The notes beneath the pieces were generated by a model. It searched no databases and was not told the DNA's origin. It saw only the letters and a list, made by a program, of their open reading frames with translations. 64,000 nt of DNA from Aulosira sp. ZfuVER01 (GTDB lineage: Bacteria > Cyanobacteriota > Cyanobacteriia > Cyanobacteriales > Nostocaceae): positions 64,001 through 128,000 of the forward strand of contig JAVRCV020000007.1 in the NCBI GenBank assembly GCA_034530615.2, read 5' to 3'. This document shows positions 43,016 to 54,421 of this stretch, in pieces (positions within the stretch are counted from its first letter, which is position 1; each line of letters opens with the position of its first letter). The position numbers were made by a program, and so were the translations under genes.

Positions 43016-44344
43016 ATGCTATTACATAGCTTGATTACGCCATTAGCATTACCAAATGACATATCTGAGTTGGAATTAAAAACAGATATAGCAAAAGTTA
43101 TGCTGATTGATGACCAATTAATTATTGGTGAAGCGATCGCGCGCATTCTCTCTAATGAAGCAGATATTTCTTTCTACTATATCAGTGACTCCACTCAAGC
43201 CATGCAAAAGGCGATCGCCATTGCACCAACGGTGATTCTTTTAGATATGGTGATGCCAGATATGGATGGATTAATGCTGCTACGCTGGTTGCGTTCTCAT
43301 CCAGCAACTCGTGACATTCCGATTGTTATGCTATCCAGCAAAGAAGAAGCAAAACTAAAAGCAGAAGCCTTTGCTGAGGGTGCAAATGACTATCTGATCA
43401 AGTTACCTGATGCAGTTGAACTAACTGCCCGAATTAGATATCATTCCAAAGCTTACAACAACCTCAAAGCACTGACTACAGCAACCGCAACGGCTCAATT
43501 ACAAGCACAGCAACTAGAGCAAACTATCAAAGAATTGCAAACAGCCCAAGTGCAATTAATTCAAACTGAAAAAATGTCTAGTTTGGGTAGAATGGTTGCA
43601 GGTTTAGCTCACGAAATTAATAATCCTGTTAATTTTATTCATGGAAATTTTTGTCATTTAAATAGCCATATTCAATGTCTATTAGATGTGATGAGATTTT
43701 ACCAGCAAGAAGATCCTGATTTATATAATAAAGCTCAAGACCAAATAGGTGATATAAATCTTGATTTTGTTATAGAAGACTTGCAGAAAATAATTTTATC
43801 TATGAAAATTGGCACCGATCGGATTCGAGAAATCGTGCTATCAATGCGCAACTTTTCTCGGCTCGATCAAGCTGAAAAAAAAGCTGTAAATCTTCATGAA
43901 GGTATTGACAGTACATTATTACTATTAAATCATCGCCTCAAGCAAGAAATTCAAGTTATTAAACAATATGGAAATTTGCCCTTAGTTGAATGTTATCCAG
44001 CACAACTTAACCAAGTATTTATGAATATTCTTAGTAATGGCATAGATGCCTTACTAGAACAAGAGGCACATCAAGATTTAAAGCAAATTATCATTAAAAC
44101 TGAAGTAACTGATATAAAAACAATTCGGGTAAAAATTATAGATAACGGTTCTGGAATTTCAACAGAAATATACAATAAGATATTCGACCCTTTTTTTACA
44201 ACTAAACCTGTAAATCAAGGAACTGGGCTAGGATTAGCAATTAGCTATCAAATTATCGAGAGACATAAAGGCACTATCAAAGTCAAATCTGAAGCAGGTT
44301 ATGGAACAGAGTTTGCGATTGAAATTCCCATAGCACTAGCTTAG
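43016..44344 (+). CDS. Hybrid REC-HisKA-HATPase with WspR-like receiver
   Basis: DDQLIIGEA...GANDYLIKLPDAVELTARIRYHS, then QTEKMSSLGRMVAGLAHEINNP and FDPFFTTKPVNQGTGLGL. Confidence 0.9.
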   Translation: MLLHSLITPLALPNDISELELKTDIAKVMLIDDQLIIGEAIARILSNEADISFYYISDSTQAMQKAIAIAPTVILLDMVMPDMDGLMLLRWLRSHPATRDIPIVMLSSKEEAKLKAEAFAEGANDYLIKLPDAVELTARIRYHSKAYNNLKALTTATATAQLQAQQLEQTIKELQTAQVQLIQTEKMSSLGRMVAGLAHEINNPVNFIHGNFCHLNSHIQCLLDVMRFYQQEDPDLYNKAQDQIGDINLDFVIEDLQKIILSMKIGTDRIREIVLSMRNFSRLDQAEKKAVNLHEGIDSTLLLLNHRLKQEIQVIKQYGNLPLVECYPAQLNQVFMNILSNGIDALLEQEAHQDLKQIIIKTEVTDIKTIRVKIIDNGSGISTEIYNKIFDPFFTTKPVNQGTGLGLAISYQIIERHKGTIKVKSEAGYGTEFAIEIPIALA

Positions 44345-45013
44345 TAGCGGCGTGACACAGTTCACTGAGTGCATGAGAGTCGGATCAAATTTGGTAAATT
44401 TTTTTCTTAATCAAAGTAAATGGGATAAAGAAACACTCGCTTGCTTAATTTCATCACGCAACTGAATAAAGAGATGCGTACCTTGATAAAGTATGAACAA
44501 GCGAGTGGTACTGATGATAGTGATGCCTCTCAATGCTAATCTTATGTCGGGATGTTGAATTCAAGACTAACTACTAGGGCAAATTAACATCATCTGTGAA
44601 GCAGAGTATGAAGCTAGTGCTGATGCCCTAGACAAAGACCCTGTATGCTTTAACAACATCCAGAAGTTTTTTTAGAGAACAGACAATCACCTAACAATCA
44701 GCAATAGAATAGCGATGATAGTCCAAGAGGAAACTCACCAAGTTTACCCAGAATACGCAAAATTGTAGAGTTGGCAGAATCAGGGAGCAACGATTCTTCA
44801 GTTATGAATCATGAAGTACAAACTAGGAAATTTAATCTTGAGCTTCACAATTCATAATTCCTTGGACTTTAAATTTGGATGTCAGGATTATCTGAATTGG
44901 ATTGAGTAATTATGTGCCAATTCATCTTGAGAAAAGACACATACCCACCAACCTATCAGCTATCAGCAGCCAATTAAACAGTTAAAAGCTGACGGCTGAA
45001 TGCTGATAGCTAT

Positions 45014-45694
45014 TTAAGCCATTTGATTTTCAATCGCCCACCGCGCTAGTTCAGTGCGGTTGTGGAGATTGGTTTTGCCCAACATATTGGACACGTGGCT
45101 TTCAACGGTACGTTGACTAACATTCAATTCTTCAGCAATTTCCCGGTTGGCTAAACCCCTGGCTACAAACTGTACTACTTTCAGTTCGGTGGGAGTTAAC
45201 TGCACATCGAAGGGAACCTGGATACGAGACCCATTTTCTCCTCCTTTTGCTTGGTGTTCTTTCCAACGGATAGTTTGCTTCAGCGAAGATTCTACTTGCG
45301 CTACGAGTTCTTCTGGTTCAAAGGGCTTGACCATATAAACGTCAGCACCTTTATTCAGACCCTTAACTCGGTCTGCACTTTGTCCTTTAGCTGAAAGGAA
45401 TAGAACGGGAATCCAGCTAGTACGTTCATTTTGCCGGACTTGTTCTACAAAAGTGTATCCGTCCATTTCCGGCATCATCACGTCGCAGATAATCATATCT
45501 GGAACATCATGCTCTAAAATTTCCAGAGCTTCTCTTCCATTTTCGGCGGTGATGACTTCATATCCCCGGAATTCCAAGTAATCCTTCACCAGCAAGATGA
45601 GGTTAGGGTCATCATCAATCAGTAGAAGTCGTTTGTGATCTTTCATGCTGGGCTCTTTCATAGCAGTGGCACTTGTCGCGCTTCGGTCCATCAA
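45014..45694 (-). CDS. NarL/LuxR family two-component response regulator
   Basis: REC (DDDPNL, DVMMPEMDG, KPF) plus LuxR HTH LTPTELKV...NREIAEELNVSQRTVESHVSN. Confidence 0.92.
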   Translation of the reverse strand: MMDRSATSATAMKEPSMKDHKRLLLIDDDPNLILLVKDYLEFRGYEVITAENGREALEILEHDVPDMIICDVMMPEMDGYTFVEQVRQNERTSWIPVLFLSAKGQSADRVKGLNKGADVYMVKPFEPEELVAQVESSLKQTIRWKEHQAKGGENGSRIQVPFDVQLTPTELKVVQFVARGLANREIAEELNVSQRTVESHVSNMLGKTNLHNRTELARWAIENQMA

Positions 45695-46023
45695 GGTCTT
45701 GTATATTTATCCTCTATGGTGGATTATTTGAGATGTTGTCTTTTTTTCCACTTAACTTGCCTTTGCTTGTTGAAATTCTTATCAGTGATAACCACAGTTT
45801 AGAATACTACTAGCATATAGGCAATAGTCCAGTAAGGATACGTAGAGCAGTAGTAATTATAATGCGTTATTATATATCGCTTTGAAAGTGGCGGGTGAAA
45901 AAATGCTGATTAAATAATAATCCTTCCGATTCACAGGTTCAGTATTGGCTGAAGATGACCCTAGCTCAAAACCAACCACCGCTTCAGAGCGCTTACTACC
46001 TAAATACGATATCCCTCCAGATG

Positions 46024-46497
46024 TTAAGCCTCTATCAGATTTTCACAAGCAACCAGAGAAGTTTTTGGCAAAGGATGGGTTAAAAATGCATATTCTTCAA
46101 CCACCATTATGCCTATCAAGTGTTCTTGGACGATCCGCTCAATCACTTCCGGGTTTGCTTGACAATACCAGACACCATCCGGGTAAACCACCATTATCGG
46201 TCTAGAACAACAAACTCGCAAGCAATTGGCTTTAGTTCTCAAGACGCAGACGGGACTACTTTTTGGCGGTTGGTTGAGCTTGATCTGCCTCAATCGCCTT
46301 TTTAAGTATTCCCAGGATTCCAGACTAACTTGTTTTGAGCAGCAGTTGGCAACTGTCCGATCGCCACAAAGAAAATTATGTCTTTGAATCTTTGCAAGTC
46401 CTAAAGTTTCTACACAATTACGCAGGGCTTTATTGTCTAGAGATTTAGTGGTTTTGGGGATTTTACGGCTGCACTGGATCACTGTATTGTTACTCAT
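46024..46497 (-). CDS. Thioredoxin-like (2Fe-2S) ferredoxin
   Basis: RHNFLC..CCS..RTKANCLRVC..PIMVVYPDGVWY..IVQEHLIG. Confidence 0.8.
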   Translation of the reverse strand: MSNNTVIQCSRKIPKTTKSLDNKALRNCVETLGLAKIQRHNFLCGDRTVANCCSKQVSLESWEYLKRRLRQIKLNQPPKSSPVCVLRTKANCLRVCCSRPIMVVYPDGVWYCQANPEVIERIVQEHLIGIMVVEEYAFLTHPLPKTSLVACENLIEA

Positions 46498-46739
46498 CGA
46501 GCTGCTCCCTGATTACAGTTCTATAACAATTTCCCCGCTTTGCAAATAAATTTGTTCATATAAAAATATTCGTAACTTAAACAACATAACCTGAAGATTT
46601 ACAATAAATAAGTATTTATACTTAAGTATATGCTTGAACGGCGTGCAGAAATAATCGATGAAAAAGGTCATTTGTTAGTGGGCATTGGGTATGGGGCAAT
46701 AGTTATTTCTCCCTCATCTCCCTCATCCCTCATCCCCCA

Positions 46740-46755
46740 GTTCGGGAACCCGTAC
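46740..46755 (+). promoter_or_regulatory. K-box upstream of groES
   Basis: GTTCGG-GAAC-CCGTAC matches GTTCGG-NNAN-CCNNAC. Confidence 0.8.
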
Positions 46756-46794
46756 ACCAAGAATTGTTGCCATTGTATGCTGGTCTTCGGTAAA

Positions 46795-46821
46795 TTAGCA
46801 CTCAGGAGTTGAGAGTGCTAA
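46795..46821 (+). promoter_or_regulatory. CIRCE element (HrcA operator)
   Basis: TTAGCACTC-AGGAGTTGA-GAGTGCTAA, perfect consensus. Confidence 0.97.
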
Positions 46822-46837
46822 CTCTGGAGAAATTAAT

Positions 46838-47149
46838 ATGGCAGCTGTATCTTTAAGCGTTTCTACAGTTAAACCTTTAGGCGATCGCGTTTTCGTGAAA
46901 GTGAGCGCCTCTGAGGAAAAGACCGCAGGTGGTCTGTATTTACCCGACACCGCCAAGGAAAAGCCCCAGGTTGGGGAAGTGGTCGCTCTAGGCCCTGGTA
47001 AGCGGAATGATGACGGTTCTCGTCAAGATCCCGAAATCAAAATCGGAGACAAAGTACTGTACTCCAAGTATGCTGGCACCGATATCAAGCTCGGCACCGA
47101 AGAGTACGTCCTGCTTTCTGAAAAAGATATTTTAGCAATTGTGGCGTAA
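46838..47149 (+). CDS. groES: Co-chaperonin GroES
   Basis: [24 protein letters not shown] and SKYAGT. Confidence 0.98.
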   Translation: MAAVSLSVSTVKPLGDRVFVKVSASEEKTAGGLYLPDTAKEKPQVGEVVALGPGKRNDDGSRQDPEIKIGDKVLYSKYAGTDIKLGTEEYVLLSEKDILAIVA

Positions 47150-47242
47150 TGGGTCTTGGTGATTGTGGCATAGTGATGCCCAATACGAGAGCGATCTATT
47201 ACCAAAATTTAAAGACAAACTTGACTTAACTCCCTCAATTAG

Positions 47243-48886
<1,644 letters not shown>

Positions 48887-48910
48887 TACTTTATAGCCCC
48901 CTATTTGTCA

Positions 48911-48947
48911 AAACAGCTGCTTCCCTTGTGGAGGCGGCTGTTTTTTT
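48911..48947 (+). terminator. groESL terminator
   Basis: AAACAGCTGCTTCC-CTTGT-GGAGGCGGCTG followed by TTTTTTT. Confidence 0.85.
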
Positions 48948-49008
48948 GTCTTATTAAATCGCAGAATTATAGTAATAAATTAATATCGCATAAAAATCTG
49001 AAAATCAC

Positions 49009-49815
49009 TTGAGTTACGACAACGCTTGTAAATATTTAGCTGAACAGTACCCAGCAGATTTTGTGCGCTGGTTACTAGGAGTAGACGCGCCACAAATTGA
49101 AATCTTAAAAACTGAACTGACACTAGAACAAATTCGTGCAGATTCTGTGACATTTCTGCAAGCAGCTAACAAAATTTTACATATCGAATTTCAAACATTA
49201 ACGATATCCGATCCGCCACTTAACTTCCGAATGCTCGATTATTCGGTGAGGTTAAAGCGTCAATATCGATGTCCTGTAACCCAAGTAATCATCTTTTTAC
49301 AGGAAACTACTAACGAAATGGCTTTTGCTGAAGAATATCGAGACGACACAACAATTCATCAATATCGGGTAGTTAGATTATGGGAGCAAGATTCAGCAGC
49401 GTTTTTGGCAAATCCTGCACTGTTACCTCTAGCAACATTAACCAGAACTGAATCACCTCAAGGACTGCTTGCACAAGTTGCCGAACGAGTCGCTACAATT
49501 CCAAATAGAGAGCAGCGACAAAATATAGCTGGTTGTATAGAGATTTTGGCTGGATTGCGGTTTGAGAAGGATTTAGTTCAGCAATTTTTACGGGAGGATA
49601 TTATGAAAGAATCTGTAATTTATCAAGATATCGTTCAAAAAGAAGCATTGAAATTGATTAGCCGTATGCTTAAACGGCGTTTTGGCGATATTGATGCATC
49701 ATTATTTGAACAAGTTCGGAATTTATCTGCTGAACATTTAGAAGATTTAGGAGAAGCGTTGTTTGATTTCTCTGAATTTGCTGATTTGGTAGCTTGGTTA
49801 GAAGAGCATAATTAA
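49009..49815 (+). CDS. Rpn-like PD-(D/E)XK protein with C-terminal DUF4351
   Basis: YDNACKYLAE, IRADSV, ILHIEFQT and RMLDY; C-terminal LKRRFG...LEDLGEALFDF...LVAWL; TTG start. Confidence 0.85.
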   Translation: MSYDNACKYLAEQYPADFVRWLLGVDAPQIEILKTELTLEQIRADSVTFLQAANKILHIEFQTLTISDPPLNFRMLDYSVRLKRQYRCPVTQVIIFLQETTNEMAFAEEYRDDTTIHQYRVVRLWEQDSAAFLANPALLPLATLTRTESPQGLLAQVAERVATIPNREQRQNIAGCIEILAGLRFEKDLVQQFLREDIMKESVIYQDIVQKEALKLISRMLKRRFGDIDASLFEQVRNLSAEHLEDLGEALFDFSEFADLVAWLEEHN

Positions 49816-49847
49816 AATGCTCATTTAAATACAAGTATTTGCGTATT

Positions 49848-50513
49848 ATGTCAAAGTTAACAGAAACTTTAGATAAAATTCTGAATTGGTTAGAAGAACA
49901 TGAAGATTTAGACTTTGCTCGGTTTGAATCATTACAACCTGGACTTACATATAAAGAAATTGAACAAAAATTAACTGATTTATTACCTTTGCGGTTACCC
50001 AAAGAAGTTTATGAACTTTATCAATGGGGTAATGGTGCTTGGTACGACGAGGAAGATTGGGCACGATTTTTTGATAATCGGACTTTTCTTTCTTTAGAAT
50101 CTGCGCTGGATATGTATTTTGGTTTAACAAAATTAGATAAAGAAGCAGATAAATTGGAATTTCCATCTATGTGGAGTGATACTTGGAATACTCGATGGTT
50201 TCCGATTTTCCAAGAACAATATAATACAGGTTTTTATGCAGTTGTTCTTGATGAAGCACAAAAAGAAACAACGCCAGTATTAGATATATTTTTGGAAGAT
50301 TGTGATGATGAGCCTTTTATCATCTATCCAAGCATAACTAAAATGATACTTGCAGAAGCAGAGCTTTATGAATCCGGTTATTACTTGCAGAAAGCTGAAC
50401 TCAAACAGTTAAGCTATGACTTGCAATCAAGATATAGATCAGCTTTAGATGAAGAGGCAAAATATATTCGCCAAAAATATCAAGATATGCACATCAAGGT
50501 TTGGCGACAATAA
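49848..50513 (+). CDS. SMI1/KNR4 (SUKH) family protein
   Basis: LTETLDKILNWL...LQPGLTYKEIE...LPKEVYELYQWGNG...FLSLE...WFPIF. Confidence 0.75.
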   Translation: MSKLTETLDKILNWLEEHEDLDFARFESLQPGLTYKEIEQKLTDLLPLRLPKEVYELYQWGNGAWYDEEDWARFFDNRTFLSLESALDMYFGLTKLDKEADKLEFPSMWSDTWNTRWFPIFQEQYNTGFYAVVLDEAQKETTPVLDIFLEDCDDEPFIIYPSITKMILAEAELYESGYYLQKAELKQLSYDLQSRYRSALDEEAKYIRQKYQDMHIKVWRQ

Positions 50514-50602
50514 AAACTAACAAGCACAGTATTTTTACAAAAAAATCAATAGCTGGTTAACATACTTAATCTTTCACTTCGTGCAAAAACACTCAGAAAA
50601 AA

Positions 50603-50626
50603 CTTTGCGCCTCTGCGCCTTTGCGT
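50603..50626. repeat. Solo (CT[TC]TGCG[CT])x3 array, same unit as the GxxExxY flanking repeats
   Basis: CTTTGCGC CTCTGCGC CTTTGCGT. Confidence 0.75.
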
Positions 50627-50657
50627 GAGATTATTATCCCTGCTGCTACACAAGATA

Positions 50658-51503
50658 ATGAGTGAAATTCTAGAAAAAGAAGTTTCTAATACTTGGCATG
50701 GCAAACTTAATTTAGTCTACGCCGATCGCCTAAATACCACCCAGCTAATTTACAATCACCAGCAAGCACCGCTAAAGGTACAGCGTCCGTTTTATCCCGA
50801 AGGCGAAAAAGTCTGTCACAGCGTCATTTTACATACGGCTGGGGGAGTCGTGGGAGGCGATCGCCTTTCTCTCAATTTCCACCTCCAACCCCACGCACAA
50901 GCATTAATCACTACAGCTGCCGCTAGTAAGATATACCGCAGCAATGGACTGCAAGCGAGACAAACCATTGAGATTCAAGTTGATGCTGGCGCTTGTTTGG
51001 AATGGCTACCCCAAGAAACAATTTTGTTTAACAGTGCGATTTATCGGCAAGATTTACGGGTAGAATTAGCAACCGGAGCTAGTTGGTTAGGCTGGGAAAT
51101 TACGCGATTAGGGCGCAGTGCGAGAGGAGAAAAGTTTTTGCAAGGAGAATGGCGATCGCATACCGAAATTTGGCAGCAAGGTGTTCCCTTGTGGATCGAT
51201 CGGCAATATTTACCGGGTAGTGAAGAAGTTTTCCACAGTCCTCACGGCTTGGCTGGACAACCAATAGTAGGTAGTCTGGTTTGGGTTGGTAATCCAGTTG
51301 AATCGGAAATAGTGAAAAAAGCACGCAGTTTATGGCATGGTGCAGGAGAGGTGGGAGTGTCGCGACTACAACATGGACTTTTATGTAGATATCGCGGTGC
51401 TTCCACATCTGAGGTGAGAAACTGGTTTACGGCTGTTTGGCAAATGCTACGAGTTGAGTTTTTGAGTCGTGGTAGCTGTATACCAAGAGTTTGGCAGGTT
51501 TGA
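50658..51503 (+). CDS. ureD: Urease accessory protein UreD
   Basis: [42 protein letters not shown] and PRVWQ. Confidence 0.93.
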   Translation: MSEILEKEVSNTWHGKLNLVYADRLNTTQLIYNHQQAPLKVQRPFYPEGEKVCHSVILHTAGGVVGGDRLSLNFHLQPHAQALITTAAASKIYRSNGLQARQTIEIQVDAGACLEWLPQETILFNSAIYRQDLRVELATGASWLGWEITRLGRSARGEKFLQGEWRSHTEIWQQGVPLWIDRQYLPGSEEVFHSPHGLAGQPIVGSLVWVGNPVESEIVKKARSLWHGAGEVGVSRLQHGLLCRYRGASTSEVRNWFTAVWQMLRVEFLSRGSCIPRVWQV

Positions 51504-51525
51504 ACGAACCGCAGAGGAGGACGAA

Positions 51526-51828
51526 ATGCAACTTACGCCGCAGGAAAAAGATAAGTTGTTAATTTTTACTGCTGCTTTATTGGCAGAAAGACGTAAGGAA
51601 AGAGGTTTGAAGTTAAATTATCCTGAAGCAGTTGCTTATATTTCTGCTGCGATTTTAGAAGGTGCGAGAGATGGGCAAACTGTTGCAGAATTGATGAGTT
51701 ATGGCACAACTTTGTTAACGCGAGATGATGTCATGGAAGGTGTGCCGGAAATGGTGCATGAAGTGCAGGTGGAAGCAACTTTTCCTGATGGCACAAAGTT
51801 GGTAACTGTACATAATCCGATTCGTTAA
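51526..51828 (+). CDS. ureA: Urease gamma subunit
   Basis: [11 protein letters not shown]...LNYPEA...[26 protein letters not shown] upstream. Confidence 0.97.
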   Translation: MQLTPQEKDKLLIFTAALLAERRKERGLKLNYPEAVAYISAAILEGARDGQTVAELMSYGTTLLTRDDVMEGVPEMVHEVQVEATFPDGTKLVTVHNPIR

Positions 51829-51846
51829 TATGCAAAGGAGTAAAAT

Positions 51847-52152
51847 ATGATTCCAGGGGAAATTATTACGCAAGATGGAGAAATTGAATTAAATGCTGGT
51901 CGTGAAACTATTAAACTACTAGTAGCAAATACAGGCGATCGCCCAATTCAAGTCGGTTCGCATTTTCACTTTTTTGAAGTTAACTCCGCCTTAAACTTTG
52001 AGCGAGAACAAGCGCGAGGAATGCGCCTCGATATTCCCGCCGGGACAGCTGTCCGTTTTGAACCAGGCGATGAAAAGGAAATTAATCTCGTCCCGCTTGT
52101 TGGGAGTCGTCAGGTTTATGGGTTTAATGGCAGAGTTAATGGAGGACTGTAA
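51847..52152 (+). CDS. ureB: Urease beta subunit
   Basis: [22 protein letters not shown] and GTAVRFEPG. Confidence 0.97.
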   Translation: MIPGEIITQDGEIELNAGRETIKLLVANTGDRPIQVGSHFHFFEVNSALNFEREQARGMRLDIPAGTAVRFEPGDEKEINLVPLVGSRQVYGFNGRVNGGL

Positions 52153-52161
52153 GGAAGAGAT

Positions 52162-52630
52162 TTTTAACGCAGAGGGGCGCAAAGGGAAACGCAAAGGTAC
52201 GCGGAGTTAGAGTTTGTTTGCTACACGCTTGATGCCTTGTTTGAGGTGGAGAACGTTAAAGTTGAGAATCAGACCGAGTTTACAATTTGTGAGTTTCAGA
52301 TAAGTTAAAAGTTGTACGGAGTGAATTGGGTGAATAGATTCTACAGATTTAACTTCAATAATTACTTTATTTTCTACTATTAAATCTAATCGATATACAC
52401 AATCTAATTCAACTTTTTCATACACAAGCGGTATTGGAACTTGTTTACTAACATGAAATCCCCTCTTCTTCAATTCGTAATACAAACACTCCTCATAAGC
52501 TGACTCCAACAACCCTGGCCCCAACGCCGTATGCACTCTCATCCCACAACCAATTATCGCCCCACTTAAATCATTCTCATCCATCCTCCGCGAACCTTTG
52601 CGCCTACCTTCGCGCTCCTTTGCGTTTAAA
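52162..52630. mobile_element. Candidate small mobile cassette: GxxExxY gene bounded by 45-bp imperfect inverted repeats
   Basis: Left arm 52162-52206 vs the reverse complement of right arm 52586-52630: 37/45 identical, ungapped, by manual alignment. The arms abut the stop codon and lie 1 bp from the start codon. Confidence 0.6.
52207..52584 (-). CDS. GxxExxY protein (PD-(D/E)XK nuclease-like family)
   Basis: [36 protein letters not shown] and QLLTYLKL...GLILNF; start MDEND at 52584. Confidence 0.92.
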   Translation of the reverse strand: MDENDLSGAIIGCGMRVHTALGPGLLESAYEECLYYELKKRGFHVSKQVPIPLVYEKVELDCVYRLDLIVENKVIIEVKSVESIHPIHSVQLLTYLKLTNCKLGLILNFNVLHLKQGIKRVANKL

Positions 52631-52663
52631 CTCGATTCTAACCTCACTTACAAGGAATGTAAT

Positions 52664-54379
52664 ATGCCTTACAAAATGTCTCGCCGTGCCTACGCAGAAA
52701 CTTATGGGCCAACAGTAGGCGATCGCGTCCGGCTTGCTGATACAGAATTATTTATCGAAGTAGAACAAGATTTCACCACCTACGGCGATGAGGTGAAATT
52801 TGGTGGCGGTAAAGTAATCCGTGATGGGATGGGACAATCCCCGATTTCTAACGCTGATGGTGCTGTAGATTTAGTAATTACAAATGCTTTAATTCTTGAT
52901 TGGTGGGGTGTAGTTAAAGCCGATATTGGTATTAAAGACGGCAAGATTTTTAAAATTGGTAAAGCGGGAAATCCTTATATTCAAAATAATGTAGATATTA
53001 TTATTGGCCCGGGAACCGAAGCCTTAGCAGGGGAAGGTATGATTCTCACGGCTGGCGGAATTGATAGCCATATTCATTTTATTTGTCCGCAGCAGATAGA
53101 AGTTGCGATCGCCTCCGGTATTACGACGATGATTGGCGGTGGTACTGGCCCAGCTACAGGTACGAACGCCACTACCTGCACCCCCGGCCCTTGGAATATG
53201 TACCGGATGTTGCAAGCTGCTGATGCTTTTCCTGTGAACTTGGGATTTTTAGGTAAAGGTAACGCCAGCCAACCCCAAGGACTTATTGAACAAGTAGCGG
53301 CTGGTGCAATCGGGTTAAAGCTGCATGAAGACTGGGGAACTACACCCGCAACCATTGACACTTGTCTCAGCATAGCTGATGAATATGATGTCCAGGTGGC
53401 AATTCACACCGACACCCTCAACGAAGCCGGATTTGTCGAAGATACGATCGCAGCTTTTAAAAATCGTGCCATCCACACCTACCATACTGAAGGTGCAGGC
53501 GGTGGACACGCGCCAGATATTATCAAAGTTTGTGGCGAGGCGAATGTTCTCCCATCTTCCACCAACCCCACACGCCCTTACACCCTCAACACTTTAGACG
53601 AACACCTGGATATGTTGATGGTATGCCATCACCTCGATCCAGCGATCGCGGAAGATGTGGCCTTTGCCGAATCCCGTATCCGTAGAGAAACAATCGCCGC
53701 CGAAGATATTTTGCACGACTTAGGTGCATTTAGCATGATTTCTTCTGATTCTCAAGCGATGGGAAGAGTAGGGGAAGTAATAATTCGCACCTGGCAGACA
53801 TCTCATAAAATGAAGGTGCAACGGGGAATCCTTAACCCACAAACAGAAGAACAAAGGGCTGATAATTTTCGAGCAAAAAGGTATGTTGCTAAGTACACCA
53901 TAAACCCAGCCATTACCCACGGAATTGCTCAGTATGTGGGGTCAGTAGAAGAAGGGAAACTTGCAGATTTATGTTTATGGCAACCAGCGTTTTTTGGCGT
54001 GAAGCCAGAGATAGTTATTAAAGGTGGAATGATTGCATGGTCGCAAATGGGCGACGCTAACGCCAGCATTCCCACACCGCAACCAGTACACATGCGACCG
54101 ATGTTTGGTAGCTTTGCTGGAGCGCGTCATGCTACATCATTAACTTTTGTTTCTCAAGCGGCGTTAGAAAAGGATATTCCCAGTCAGTTAGGTTTGCAAA
54201 AATCGGCCGTTGCAGTTTCCGGGACACGCCAATTAAGTAAACGGGATTTAAAGCTGAATGATGCGCTACCTCAGATTGAAGTAGATCCAGAAACCTATGA
54301 AGTCAGGGCCGATGGCGAATTGTTGATTTGTGAACCTGCGACAGTTTTACCAATGGCCCAAAGATACTTTTTGTTCTAG
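52664..54379 (+). CDS. ureC: Urease alpha subunit
   Basis: [45 protein letters not shown] and [10 protein letters not shown]. Confidence 0.98.
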   Translation: MPYKMSRRAYAETYGPTVGDRVRLADTELFIEVEQDFTTYGDEVKFGGGKVIRDGMGQSPISNADGAVDLVITNALILDWWGVVKADIGIKDGKIFKIGKAGNPYIQNNVDIIIGPGTEALAGEGMILTAGGIDSHIHFICPQQIEVAIASGITTMIGGGTGPATGTNATTCTPGPWNMYRMLQAADAFPVNLGFLGKGNASQPQGLIEQVAAGAIGLKLHEDWGTTPATIDTCLSIADEYDVQVAIHTDTLNEAGFVEDTIAAFKNRAIHTYHTEGAGGGHAPDIIKVCGEANVLPSSTNPTRPYTLNTLDEHLDMLMVCHHLDPAIAEDVAFAESRIRRETIAAEDILHDLGAFSMISSDSQAMGRVGEVIIRTWQTSHKMKVQRGILNPQTEEQRADNFRAKRYVAKYTINPAITHGIAQYVGSVEEGKLADLCLWQPAFFGVKPEIVIKGGMIAWSQMGDANASIPTPQPVHMRPMFGSFAGARHATSLTFVSQAALEKDIPSQLGLQKSAVAVSGTRQLSKRDLKLNDALPQIEVDPETYEVRADGELLICEPATVLPMAQRYFLF

Positions 54380-54421
54380 TTCATGACCAAATAATAACTA
54401 ATTCGGAATTTTGAATTGGTG

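Noticed and set aside
50658..54379. Absence of ureE/ureF/ureG as evidence of a defective urease
   Set aside because: Urease accessory genes are often encoded elsewhere in filamentous cyanobacteria; this cannot be judged from one window.
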